DNA of 63,616 bases, counting the filler, from Perkinsus chesapeaki ATCC PRA-425 (lineage: Eukaryota > Protista > Perkinsozoa): the NCBI GenBank assembly GCA_013115145.1. It is 8 parts of 8 records of this genome, joined end to end, with 100 filler letters (N's around TTAATTAATTAA, not from the genome) between each part and the next. Parts side by side here need not be neighbours in the genome. Positions count along the whole stretch, not along the records: positions 22,760 to 41,916 come from JAAPAO010000646.1; 7 more parts are not named here. The stretch is one strand, 5' to 3'. The stretch's first letter is position 1. The number at the start of each line of letters is the position of its first letter. Positions 24,657 to 35,756 of this stretch are shown piece after piece. A program made the translations under genes and the position numbers. The notes under the pieces were generated by a model. It saw only the letters and a program-made list of their open reading frames with translations. It ran no database searches and was not told the origin of the DNA.

Positions 24657-27000
24657 ATGATATTCAGATCTATTATAGATAGTCTTGCGCTTACTTTACT
24701 CGTTTTAGCTTTGATCAATTTGCCAAACAAACGCGAACGCACTGTAGATCGGGTAATAAAAAAACGTCCACAAGATTATATCACATACAGCATTTCAACG
24801 GACGTTCATAATCCAATATAACAAGTTTGTTGCTCATTTTTTGTCAGTTGATTCTACAGGGTGTATCAATTTTCATTACCATTGGACTTTTTGAATCGAT
24901 AACGCGTATTCGGAACGAAAAGGCTGTTTTTGTCGTATTATCGGTGGTAGATTGGTCAAGGCCGTTGTGGAGGAGGAGAATCTTTCTTCGCACTGTGTAG
25001 ATTTCTAGCTTTATAACTTATGTCGTTTTGTCGAGAACCTGCGGTGCTGCCAGTCACAGTATCTTCGAAGGTTTCACGAACGAGAAGTGCAGCGGAGTTG
25101 TTTACGATGTAATATAGGGAGGAAGAGATTTTTAGAGGTCGATTGAGAAGATATTTTTAGAGGTCGATTGGGAAGATATTTTTAGAGGTCGATTGGGAAG
25201 ATATTTTTAGAGGTGGAATTAAAAGATATTTCCAGAAGTCGATTGAGTCGAAAAAGTGGAAGTATTGACTGTATTAAATTGTGGTAGGCTAGTACCCTAG
25301 TACTGCTACTGGACTCTATTAAAACTAGTATACTTGCTCCTCGCTCATCTTTATCGTCATTGCTTGCGTATGCGTATGCACTCTACTCTGAAAAAGAACA
25401 TTATTAGTTTAGTGACGTTCATGTTTGATAGTGTAAATGTTTTAATGTAGGCTTTTTCTTAGTTTGAATTCGTATCTTGTAAATTATTTCGTGCGAATCG
25501 AACCATTCGAAGCAGCGAGCAAGGCTGTTGGTGGGTTAGTTGAAAAAATGAAAAATATTTTTGGAAGATTTCAGGAGAAATTCAATGCTAGGTTTCAGCC
25601 TATACTTTTATTTGGTTATCCGCATGCTCTCCCACCTTCTAATCGACAGAGCATATAGGAACAAGCCGCGCTCATTCGTATGCACGGTGCTGTTCCCGCG
25701 AGGAGCACGTCAATTTTCAACATACAGGTTGCTTTATAATGTGTATTTTTAGACTGTCTAAAGGAACTGGATTTCGTCCGTTTGATAGTCGAGACGCGGA
25801 GGACACATTTGAAGTTCCTCTACGGAGTTTCAGTACATCTTACGGTAGTGCTAAACGGGCGTATCTTTTGGTGTCACTAGGGACTCAGGTAAGCTAAGAT
25901 ACCATCACCCAAATTCTTCCGAGTGCGGTGACGATGGAGGCTTCCGAGCGACTTTTATGTATGAGTTGTCGAAAAGGGAGGGAGACAATTGTGCAGGTGA
26001 TGAACAAACCCTTTTCCCATTTTTCCGAAAAAAAAACTTCATTTTCCGTGTGTGAAAACGAGCCGAAGGTTATCTATGACCGAAGGTCGAAGCGCGGTTT
26101 CCGGTATTTCAGAAGATATCTACGCCCACTGGCAGCAAAACCGACCTTATTTGAAGATCCGTCCGAGAATAAAGTACGAAAGCATCAGACCGAGAGAAGT
26201 CTGTCGGGATGTGAGGATCTTTGTAAATCTTGCAATCTTGCATTTCCTCAACGCAGAACTTGGATGGCTTTTGGAACTATGATTGGTCGCCGGAAGGAAG
26301 GTTGGCGGCGATGCGGAGGTTGAGGGAGAGGATTGATAATTTTAAAAGGTATCTTTTTGAGTTGCGCACTGTAAAGATTTTTCCTAACCAGCTCGAGTGA
26401 GAAGAGATTCGAGGCGCGTGACAAGGCTAATTTGAACTGTAGAAGGAGATCGAGAAGGCTCGTCGATCCTGTAAGTTTCACAGCGGTTAAATATGACTCT
26501 CGGGAAATCGTAAAGTATGAAAAATCATAGTTTGGAGAAATATAAAATATGATAGGTAATCAGTTACAGCAACCGCCTTCTAGAGACCGTTAAACTGTAA
26601 GCTACGGGGAATCCCCGTACATTCAATTTTTTACTAAAAACTTTTAAAACTTTTTTTAAAATTTTATAGAGTTTTTACTCGAACGTACAGGTTTACATCT
26701 TTGCATAACTACTCAATTACATAGTATGATTTATTTTCTTCGAGTGCCAAACTGGGGCCACACAGAGTTTGTGTGGTGGCGTTGCCCTCCTCAGTAGAAA
26801 TATAAAACATCGTTTGCTTGGAATTGGGAATACGGCAGTAAATGCGGCGGTGTTTGGTTTCATCGTTCTGTTTTTCAGTTTGGAATTTCCGAAGATTTGT
26901 AACCATAAATATTCAGCATGCAACTCATTCCTTCAAACTGTTGTCTTTGTGGTATCTTCTCATGTTGAGTTCACAAAGATGGGGTTTCGAGGCGTGCGGT
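24657..27000 (+). CDS. Hypothetical multi-exon gene or genes; boundaries uncertain
   Basis: N-terminal hydrophobic anchor and several open exons (e.g. KYESIRPREVCRD|NLDGFWNYDWSPEG across intron 26211-26256). Confidence 0.35.
25123..25247. repeat. 25-bp minisatellite GAAGATATTTTTAGAGGTCGATTGG
   Basis: About 5 copies, the last ones degenerate. Confidence 0.9.
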
Positions 27001-27262
27001 CATCGCTGGATCGTAATCGTTTCCAGTGGGCTCATTGACACGTACGACACTTCTGTAGAATTCATTGTAAGCAAAAGCCTTAAAAATGTTCTTTTTCGCG
27101 TGAGAAATAATAAGGAGTCGTTTGCTTCAACCTTCGGGCAGCTTCCTGGAAATTTCTGTGGCTGAGGATTTCGCTAGGCACCCTGCGATTTGATCGAGAG
27201 AGTTTTCTTTCGTCACTTAAAATTAACACTCCATTTTCATCTCAGTGTTCCGTAGCATCCCC

Positions 27263-28084
27263 ATGAATCATTCATCGCCTCGTACTGTCCGTTTGGTCGC
27301 CTATAACATTTTCGGTTTCCGGCGGGGCTCCCCGTCCCAGCTGGCTGCGTACTTGAAATCTCTGATGCCGATTGATATTTTATGTTTAAATGAAGTGTCT
27401 ATAAAGGACAGAAAGTTGGATCAATTGACGACGAATCTCGGCGAAGAATATCGCAGTTTTTTCTTCAGCACAACTGCCAACAAGAATCCAGATTTCGGAA
27501 ATGCCGTCATCACTAGATTGCCGGTTAAGTCAGCGAGCCGAATCGCCCTAAATGGAGGCTCGTCAGTTTTGTGGCGCGGTGACGATATTCAGATTATCAG
27601 AAATGGTGTTTTGGTTGACTTCGACAAGTTCTCTGTTTGCTGTACCCATTTGGACCACATGAAGGAGGCCGAGCGAGTTAAGCAAGTCGATGGTTTGATA
27701 ATGCAACTTCGAGAACGACTTTGTCCGGAAACACCGCATTTTATAATGGGAGATTTCAATGAGCTTTCGAGGAGAGATTATTCCGATGATGAATGGCAGA
27801 ACCTCGAGAAGCGCCATGAAAGTTTCGGTTGGCCGCTTGAGTGCGATGAGGTTGTTAACAAGCTCGAAAATGGCGGTTATACCGATGTGCTGCGGAAATG
27901 CGGCGATCTGAGGAGAACGGCCCACACACAAGAAGAAAAACCGCTTTATAGGATTGATTACGCCTGGGCGAGCCGAGCAGCAATTGATCGAGTTAAAGAT
28001 GGTTTTGTTCATTGCGGCGAGAATGTTGATGACTTGAAGTCGTGTAGCGATCACTTTGCAATAGTTGTTGATGCTTGTTTGTAA
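27263..28084 (+). CDS. Endonuclease/exonuclease/phosphatase (EEP) family protein, intronless
   Basis: Motifs AYNI, LNEV, FGNAVIT, CTHLDH, MGDFN, RIDY and SDH in one ORF. Confidence 0.92.
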   Translation: MNHSSPRTVRLVAYNIFGFRRGSPSQLAAYLKSLMPIDILCLNEVSIKDRKLDQLTTNLGEEYRSFFFSTTANKNPDFGNAVITRLPVKSASRIALNGGSSVLWRGDDIQIIRNGVLVDFDKFSVCCTHLDHMKEAERVKQVDGLIMQLRERLCPETPHFIMGDFNELSRRDYSDDEWQNLEKRHESFGWPLECDEVVNKLENGGYTDVLRKCGDLRRTAHTQEEKPLYRIDYAWASRAAIDRVKDGFVHCGENVDDLKSCSDHFAIVVDACL

Positions 28085-28132
28085 TATTTTCCGTTCGTCA
28101 CTTTACTTTGTGTTGAACGCAACAAGTATGTT

Positions 28133-28777
28133 TTAAACGGCCGACATATTATGAGAGCTCGTATCGATCACTTTCTTGCCGCACCGTGCGCACTTGCCCT
28201 TCTTGTAGGCGCTGAAAAGTGAAAAAGTGAAAGATGTAAATGTCTTCGCCTTACCAATAGTTGCAGTATTTGTTCTGGTTCATCACACTGTTCTTGCAAG
28301 ATTTACATCTGAAAGGGAAATACGAATTCAATTTAGCTCGCGTCCAGTTGAACGATTTCAAGCACTGGAAGATAATCTCGCGAACCAAGGCGACAAAGGG
28401 GGAACTCGAACCACGGTTTAGTCCGATTGCGAGGTCAATTTAAATAGTAAATGATTGTATAATCGCTGGTAATAAGTTTATAAATTATCCGACAACTGAT
28501 TATTATTACCTATACCAAATGACTACACGAAATTGATAGTTCCCAAAGGCCATTGGAGAATTCGCAAAAGAGCACTAACAAACTGCTTACTCGTGAGTAG
28601 CCTTGTCTTCCTTTTTTATCAGTTTATTAACTCCGATATCTTTCCTATCTAAAAGTGATAAATCTAATAACCTACTTCACCACCATCCGCACCTTTATGA
28701 GCTTCTCCGGTACTCGACCGATAAACGTCAGGCGTCGCCAATTTGGCTAACTTCTTCTCGCACTTCGCGCAGACCAT
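28133..28777 (-). CDS. CRIPT: Cysteine-rich PDZ-binding protein
   Basis: Spliced MVCAKCEKKLAKLATPD...GVNKLI...CKSCKNSVMNQNKYCNYCAYKKGKCARCGKKVIDTSSHNMSAV*. Confidence 0.92.
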
Positions 28778-28789
28778 TACAAATATAAT

Positions 28790-28846
28790 TAGCTCAATAG
28801 GATAAGCCTCACGTCTTTCATGCGAACCACCCAAGTTCGATCCCCA
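28790..28846 (+). pseudogene. Degenerate tRNA-like sequence with A-box and B-box
   Basis: TAGCTCAATAGG...CAAGTTCGATCCCC; no intact acceptor stem; 13 bp from the CRIPT ATG on the opposite strand. Confidence 0.6.
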
Positions 28847-28899
28847 ATTAAACCCAATATCAATTATAATGAAAATCCTTTACACGCCACCTTCATTCC

Positions 28900-30543
28900 A
28901 TGCGGGATGTTAAATCGATCATTCGGGCGAGCGCTAAATCACTCCCCTCTTTGCCTCCGACTGGACATCAAACGCTGCATGCGCTGAGGAGTCGAAACAG
29001 GGTCTCCTAATAAGGGTTGAGAAAACTCAAGATTGCAAGATTTCTGTTACTCCTGTCAATGTTGAAGCCTGTAGTAGTCCTACTCGCAGATAAGGGAAGT
29101 GATGTTGGCCGTACAGGTATCGGTCGGAGGGAATGTGGTGTGATTGGATGGCTGTGACGACGAGGAGGTTGCTGGGAAACTGACCAAAAATTTAGGAAAA
29201 TTTTCGAAAATTTTCGTAAAATTCCATATGTACTAGGGCGATTAGGCAAGAGGTTCTGATAAACCCGTAGATTTGATGGTGTTGTTCGATTGAATACGAT
29301 AGATTGTGTGAAGCTGGTCGAAGTATCTGGATTCGATCATGCGATCGATTTGGTAATAAACAAATATAACACTTCTCATGGCAGGCACACCAGACGGCAA
29401 CACCACTCTTGAAGTTTCCCTCCGTCGAACTATCTCCGTAAGAGTCATTGTTGGGGCGCGCGGGAAATTTTGTCTGAAAACGCCGCTGGTGAGATTCTAT
29501 CCAATAACCACTTGATCACCCTTGTTGGGCAACTGGAGCGGCAGGAAGACTCATTCGTCTACCTGAAAATCTTGTTATCTTGCTCTCACTCGCATTTTCT
29601 TAATGTACCTTCACGATGGGCGGCCGCACAAAGATGGGGTACACTTTTGGCATGCTGAGCAAGAGTGGCTTCCAGGGCCTGAAAAGGAGTATCTTAGGTC
29701 GAAGCGTGGTTTTCGTACTTAAAAGCGACCGAACTATTTTCACTTTTGGTGATACGTCTCTAAGACGCCATCGAGCTTCGCTTTTCTCTTCATTTCGGCC
29801 CAGTCGGTTCAGCGAATCGCAAACTTCGCAGCGCCTACAAGTTGACTTAATTCGTATCTTGTAAGCTTCAAGCTAAGATACGCCTTACAAAATATCGCTC
29901 GCTTCCTCCAAGCTGAGCCACGTAGGGTATTTTCTCTGAATTATTTTTTGCACTTCCGAATTGGAATTTCTTTACCATTAAAATGCTCGCCTGGGCTTTG
30001 GTCGTCCCTTCTTTTTTCGAGGTGCTCTGAATGCGGAGGTTCGATCCCCAACGACTATTTTTTTAAACTTTATTTCCTCCGTTACCTGACTCCCTTCGCT
30101 CCGCCCGGCCGCAGCTCGAGGCACCTAAATAACCTACTTTGCATCTTGCGCAGTCAACCTCAAGATTCTTACAATAGATTTACGAAGCTGATTCCTGCTC
30201 CGCTCCGCTGCGCATTTTCGTTCTATTTTCCTCTTGATTTGTTCGATGTGGTGCCTGACATCAAATCTTGGTCATCTTACCCGATCTTGCATTTCCTCAA
30301 CGCACTGGCTCATTATAACGCGTCGAAGCGCGGCAGCATTCCAAAGTCGACGGCGGTCTCCACGGTCCGACTGCGCATCAGATTCTGAGAATCCTCGCTT
30401 GAAGCGTGCAAGATCTGAATTAGCTTACCATGCGAATACACTTTTCCTGCGTATAGGATCTGTGGCGGCAGCAGCGGCGGTCCCTCCGCCCCCAAGCAAG
30501 TGACCTCAGGGAAATTAAAATCCGCCATATCCATAGAGCGCAA
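28900..30543 (-). CDS. Hypothetical coiled-coil/basic protein, multi-exon; ends approximate
   Basis: In-frame joins across introns 30255-30305 and 30027-30085 (RRVIMSQ|HHIEQIKRKIERK). Confidence 0.5.
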
Positions 30544-30774
30544 GGCCGACCTATTTCGTATCTTACTCCCATAAACCCAAGATACCCCAACTCAAAACCT
30601 TTTTTATCAGAAATGTCACAGCGGAGCGAAGCAGTTTTTTCAATTTTTCATCGTCTTTAAGTGTTTCAGTAAATTTTATTCTCCTCCTTACTCGGATGCA
30701 GCGTAGATCTTGGCAGAGGCTTCAACTCTCTGAACGTTTTAAACTGCGTAAAAAATTCCGACAGCGTAACGTTA

Positions 30775-31538
30775 TTACCCATTTGTATCGTTGGCCTCGT
30801 AAAAGTCGTGAGCAGTATCTCCGTCTTTGTCAGCATATAAACCCGGACCGCCGCCAAGTCCCTGAGAAATACCTCCACCGGGGATCGAACCCAGGAACTT
30901 TCGATTACCTGTATTCCACCACGCGCGTTCGGGGAATACAAAATCGGTGGATCTTCCTTCTTTTCTTCCCGGAGCTTAGCTTGCTTGGCAATTTTCTCAG
31001 CGAAGGTTTCTTCTTGACCGCGCGCCACGAAATAGGCGTACAGCAGTACAAACGGCGACCACAATACATGTGATAGAAGGCAGCCAGTTGAGAACACGAT
31101 CGAGGTTGAAGCGTGCGACAACCAGCACCAAAAGATACCTCCAAGTGTTGCTACTATCTCACTTGAAAGATATCTTTTAGGTTGAATGAGGTTAAACGTA
31201 AAAAGATACTCTTCGGGCATCAGCGAGAAAACGACCGGAAATGTCGCTAGAAAAGCTGACGGGAAATTTCCGAGAAATTTCAGATCCGCCGCGACCACTG
31301 TATAAAATATGATAAGACGAACCTTCGGGGACGGTATGAATGAAGTCACAGCTGGTAGACTCATAATGGCACATTCTAGCGGAGCTTGAAGCTGGTAATA
31401 GACGCCGATCAAAGATACCACTGGGAATGTCAGCAGCACGTTAAGTCGCATGACATATCTCAGCCAAGTCGATATCTGCGGTGAGTCTCCGAGGAATAGA
31501 TTCGTGGCGACCGCGGTCGCAGGCGGAACGATTGCCAA
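30775..31538 (-). CDS. Hypothetical multi-pass membrane protein
   Basis: Several hydrophobic segments; removing intron 30862-30908 gives an acidic C-terminus ending ...EANDTNG*. Confidence 0.6.
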
Positions 31539-31913
31539 CAGAACGCAGAGCGTACAGAGGCCCTGAAAAAGCGCGCGAAATAAATCAGACTTTTTGGAAA
31601 AAATTTCCGATATTTCTGGGCCTCAAAAATTTTCCTGGAACTGCTTAAAATTTCCACAGGAAATACTCGCAAAAGTGAGATTCAAAAGTTAAGGTGAAGA
31701 ACCTGAGAAAGTCTACCCGAATTCAGAGAGACGAAGCTTCGTATCAATGCTTCGGACAGGGAAGTCCACCAACACCGCAAATTCTGTATTCTACCGTGAA
31801 AATTTTAAATTCGAATTTACGCTGAATTCTTCCCACTGATGCGTAGTTACCACCATAATACAGGTCCCCGAGAGCAGTCGAGTTAATAAAAGCTGGGCTG
31901 ATGAGCGGTCCAT

Positions 31914-33034
31914 TCAGGCCATTGAATATCTCACGCTCCGCGATGGCATTTTTACGGTGTTCTGGGGAGTGACAACTGATATCGGGAAATCTACTGGCGG
32001 GCTCTGGTTAAGGACAGTGGAAAAAATTTTGGCGTTGAAAATTTCTCGTGATTTTCCTTTCGACACTCGTAAATTCCCTGGGGTATAATTAGAACTTATT
32101 TCAACATTTAAAACCGTCAACTTGCGCTCCAGAAAGAAATCAATTTGAGGTAAATTTTCTAGGAAAATACTCAAATCAAATATCCATTATATCTTTACAT
32201 TAGAAGGCTCCTTAGCGTTCGACGAACCTTTTTCGGAAGGACCAGTTTGTCGAATGATTCACTGTCCATGAACTGCAATCCGGTGATTTGCACTGCATGT
32301 TTAGACACTTAACAAAAATGATATGTAGTGATATATCTCAAGCAGAATAACATCTAATATTCTCAGCCTCCCTACAGAGCACAAGCATCTCGTGACTGGC
32401 TAAAGATCGGTTAATAAAATCCCTATAATTGCTCTATAAGGCTTCATGCGCCCCTCAATCACAAAGATTATTTTTAATATTGGGGATGAATTGTCCAGGA
32501 CATATTTTACTAGGGCGAGAGAGTATCTTGAATGCATTCCTTCTGGGAGCATTTACTATTCCTTTATGACTCTTTAATTGTTGATAAATATTTACACCGG
32601 TATTTCCCTGGTATTCCCTGTTTCCCTTTTATTACCGTTCGTTCCTCCGGCTCCTTATATCCAGTGAACTCAGTAGCCACTCGAAATCGATAGTCTTTTA
32701 TCCCAGCGAAGATCGCGAGAATCAACGTCGAATAAGCCCACAGTAAGTTGTCTATTCGACTGTATTTTCCCCAAATGGCGGCCAGCAATGACAGCGCGCC
32801 ACAAAATCCAAGCAAAGATACGCATAAGCCCTCGGAGCTGAGGAGGCTGAAGCTCGAAGTCGGGTTGTCAAAGAGAAGGAGCTTCAAGTGGATGGGCAGC
32901 GTGGAGAGGATAAGAAAGATTCCATAGGAGTTGGTATCTTTTTGGGAGCTCGAGTTGGTGTCCCTAGCAACAGGAACTAGAGCGGAGTCAGTGGCGTCTG
33001 GTGAAGAGAAAAGGGACTTCAGACGACTTAACAT
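31914..33034 (-). CDS. Hypothetical membrane protein, multi-exon; 3-prime end approximate
   Basis: 156-aa first ORF with three hydrophobic segments. Confidence 0.45.
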
Positions 33035-33899
33035 TTATAATAACAAAGAATCTGAGCTTGAAGCTTGCATGATACACAAGAGGTTATGCGACCTAATGGT
33101 AATCGCGATTCTCAGGCGAACAGACTATCATTTACCGGAAAAATAACCACAATTATCTCGACACCGATAAAGTAAATGATGACCCTAAAAAGTACCAAAC
33201 GGAGCGTGTTGGGGAGGTTCGCAATGCTAACACTACATTGCGTGATATTGTACTGTATTGAAGGATCTATACAGGTCAATAATAGCAGAGAACGGATTGG
33301 AATTCAAATGGGGAAGTAAGAAAAATATTATTTGATGAACTAATAATATTTATAGGAGCCCATGTGTTAAATAGCGTGGCAAGATAATCAAATAAATCGG
33401 TCAGGATATGTTCAATTTATGGAGGCAAGGGATTTCAATTGCAAGCGACCAAATAGTAATTGGCGAGCGCGAAATGGATTAAAGACCGCGCGCCACGAAA
33501 TTAGATCAAGTTGTTTTAAGAGGTTTTACGTGTTGAACTTTAAGTTGAATGTCATCCGGAGAGGCTTCCGGAGAAAGAGGCAGCTCGTGGTCTTATGAGG
33601 TATCTTAGGTTGAAGCTGGTAAGATAGATATTAGGTTTATTTCAGGGAAGGAAATCAGATGGAGGAGACAAGGGACCTTTAATACGTCAAGCACCGACTT
33701 CTAAAAGTAATAAACTGGAATCAATCACCATTTAATAAAATCATAATTTCTCCCTCATCGCCAAAATGCTTTCCCAAAATCGACTCTCCCAGTTTGTTCG
33801 TCTGAAAAGCTAAATTCCATGATCGAAATTTTCCCCGACTTTTCTCGGAATTTTTGGAATTTTCATAAATTTGCGGGGATTTTTTCGGTTTTTTAGTTT

Positions 33900-35308
33900 A
33901 TGGAAGCGAAGAGGTTCAAGAACAGGCGGTGGCCTCATTACAGGCTTTGCTGTATGATAAGGTTATGAGTAGTAATGGGAAGTATCTTGGCTTCATGCGT
34001 GCATGATACGTAGAATGTTAGTTTAGTGGCTGTTGAAATTCTCAACGCGCTTTACTGTTCGGTTGAGAGATGACTATAATCTCCAAATCGTTATTTACAT
34101 TAACGTTTCTCGTATGGTCATACCGCTCCCTTCCCTTATTAACGTATTTTATATGGTCATACCGCTCCCTTCCCTTATTAACGTATTTTATATGGTCATA
34201 CCGCTCCCTTCCCTTATTAACGTAATNNNNNNNNNNNNNNNNNNNNNNNNNNNNNNNNNNNNNNNNNNNNNNNNNNNNNNNNNNNNNNNNNNNNNNNNNN
34301 NNNNNNNNNNNNNNNNNNNNNNTATTTTATATGGCCATACCGCTCTCTTCCCTTATTATCTTATTTACGATTGCTTCTGTTATTACCATCAACTATCCTC
34401 AGAGACCAGTTATGATGCCTGTTTATCTTCAGAAAAGTCATCAAATGATTCCAAGTATCTCACCGTTGAGGGAAGGGTGGCCACTTTATCGGTGGCGAAC
34501 ACCAACGGTAGGCGATATGTCCGGGGTTCGATCCCGGCATGCGGCATTTTAGGGGAAATTAAACCGACTGAGGCTGGTGAGGAACTGAAGCGACTTTTGG
34601 ATGATAAAATGGATACCTATATTCACGTTCATGTCACACTGTCACGATGCGATCTCAGCAATCAAGGGTGGGAAAATGACGCGGGTTCGATCCTCGGCGA
34701 GGGTGTTTTAGGTTGGTGGATATTTTAAAAGGTCTCACGGGACATCCCAAAGCACGTCTGAGTTCTCTTTCGGTGTCGGGGAACACATTGACAGATGAGT
34801 TTACCAGTTGGATGGCCCGAATGGCATCATCGAACGAGAATGAATTCGCTGCAGTTAAAGAGGTCCGCGGGGGAATCGAACCGGGGACCTTTCGGTGGTT
34901 AAACGTGAAATTTCAGATTGATTTGTCATATAACTATCTCACAGCGGTTGGAGTTGGTCAGCTCTCAAGGGCCTTGCCGAATTTGAGGAGACTTGATGTA
35001 AGTGTCGGTATGAAGTTTGCACGCATGCGCACGATAGGTGCGGATGAATATGATCGAAAATACAGCGGCATTCCAAGGCAAGCGAGCGATCGAAATTATG
35101 CCGCAAAGAGTGGAAATGCGGGGAAATGGGGAGATGCGAGGTAGTGGAATCGAACCGGGGACCTTTGGGTTGATAAACTGGCCGCTCTCCCTGTTCAGCT
35201 AGCGCGTCTGAGAACCTGCCGCCGACATCCGTTGCCCAGCAGCCTCTAGGCGACACTAAGGCTGAAGGAGATGGAATGACGAGTAATAATAACTTGGTTA
35301 AATTATAG
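33900..35308 (+). CDS. Leucine-rich repeat (RNI-like) protein; start uncertain, N-gap at 34226-34321
   Basis: Removing five short introns gives LSRCDLSNQGLVDIL...LSVSGNTL...IDLSYNYL...LRRLDVRMNMI in a single frame. Confidence 0.8.
34113..34358. repeat. 39-bp intronic minisatellite (collapsed, with N-gap)
   Basis: Unit ATATGGTCATACCGCTCCCTTCCCTTATTAACGTATTTT. Confidence 0.9.
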
Positions 35309-35756
35309 AAGCTGCCCAGTTAGGCAATTTTGTCCTCGGTTTTTTGTGTGATTCTCATAGTGAAAGCTCTCGCAATATCTTATAATATTTTCATCTGACG
35401 GTAAAGATATTATCATATTTCTATTCCACTAAATTTAATCATGATTATACAGTACTACCATCATTAGTCAACATTACATATATGTTGTCTAACAACAACA
35501 ACAAGCATTTATCAATACGCCTTGTAGCCTTTATTCTCTAGAGCATGTTGAATATTTTATTAGCTACGGTTAATTGATTAATCTGTTAATATTTTTGAAG
35601 TTACCAGGGGGAGGCGTCGCGCTGTCCTTATTAAAAACCTTTGCTGCTTTGATCATGTTCCTTTCAATAAAATGTACCGGGGAAAGTGGAGCAGAAAAAG
35701 TCTTATTTTTCCGGAAAAAAAACCGCGATTTTCCACTTTTAGGTGTATCGAGTATA

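Noticed and set aside
34033-34728. 231-aa ORF with a MVIPLPSLINVFY repeat
   Set aside because: Read-through of an intronic 39-bp minisatellite and an N-gap; not a real repeat protein.
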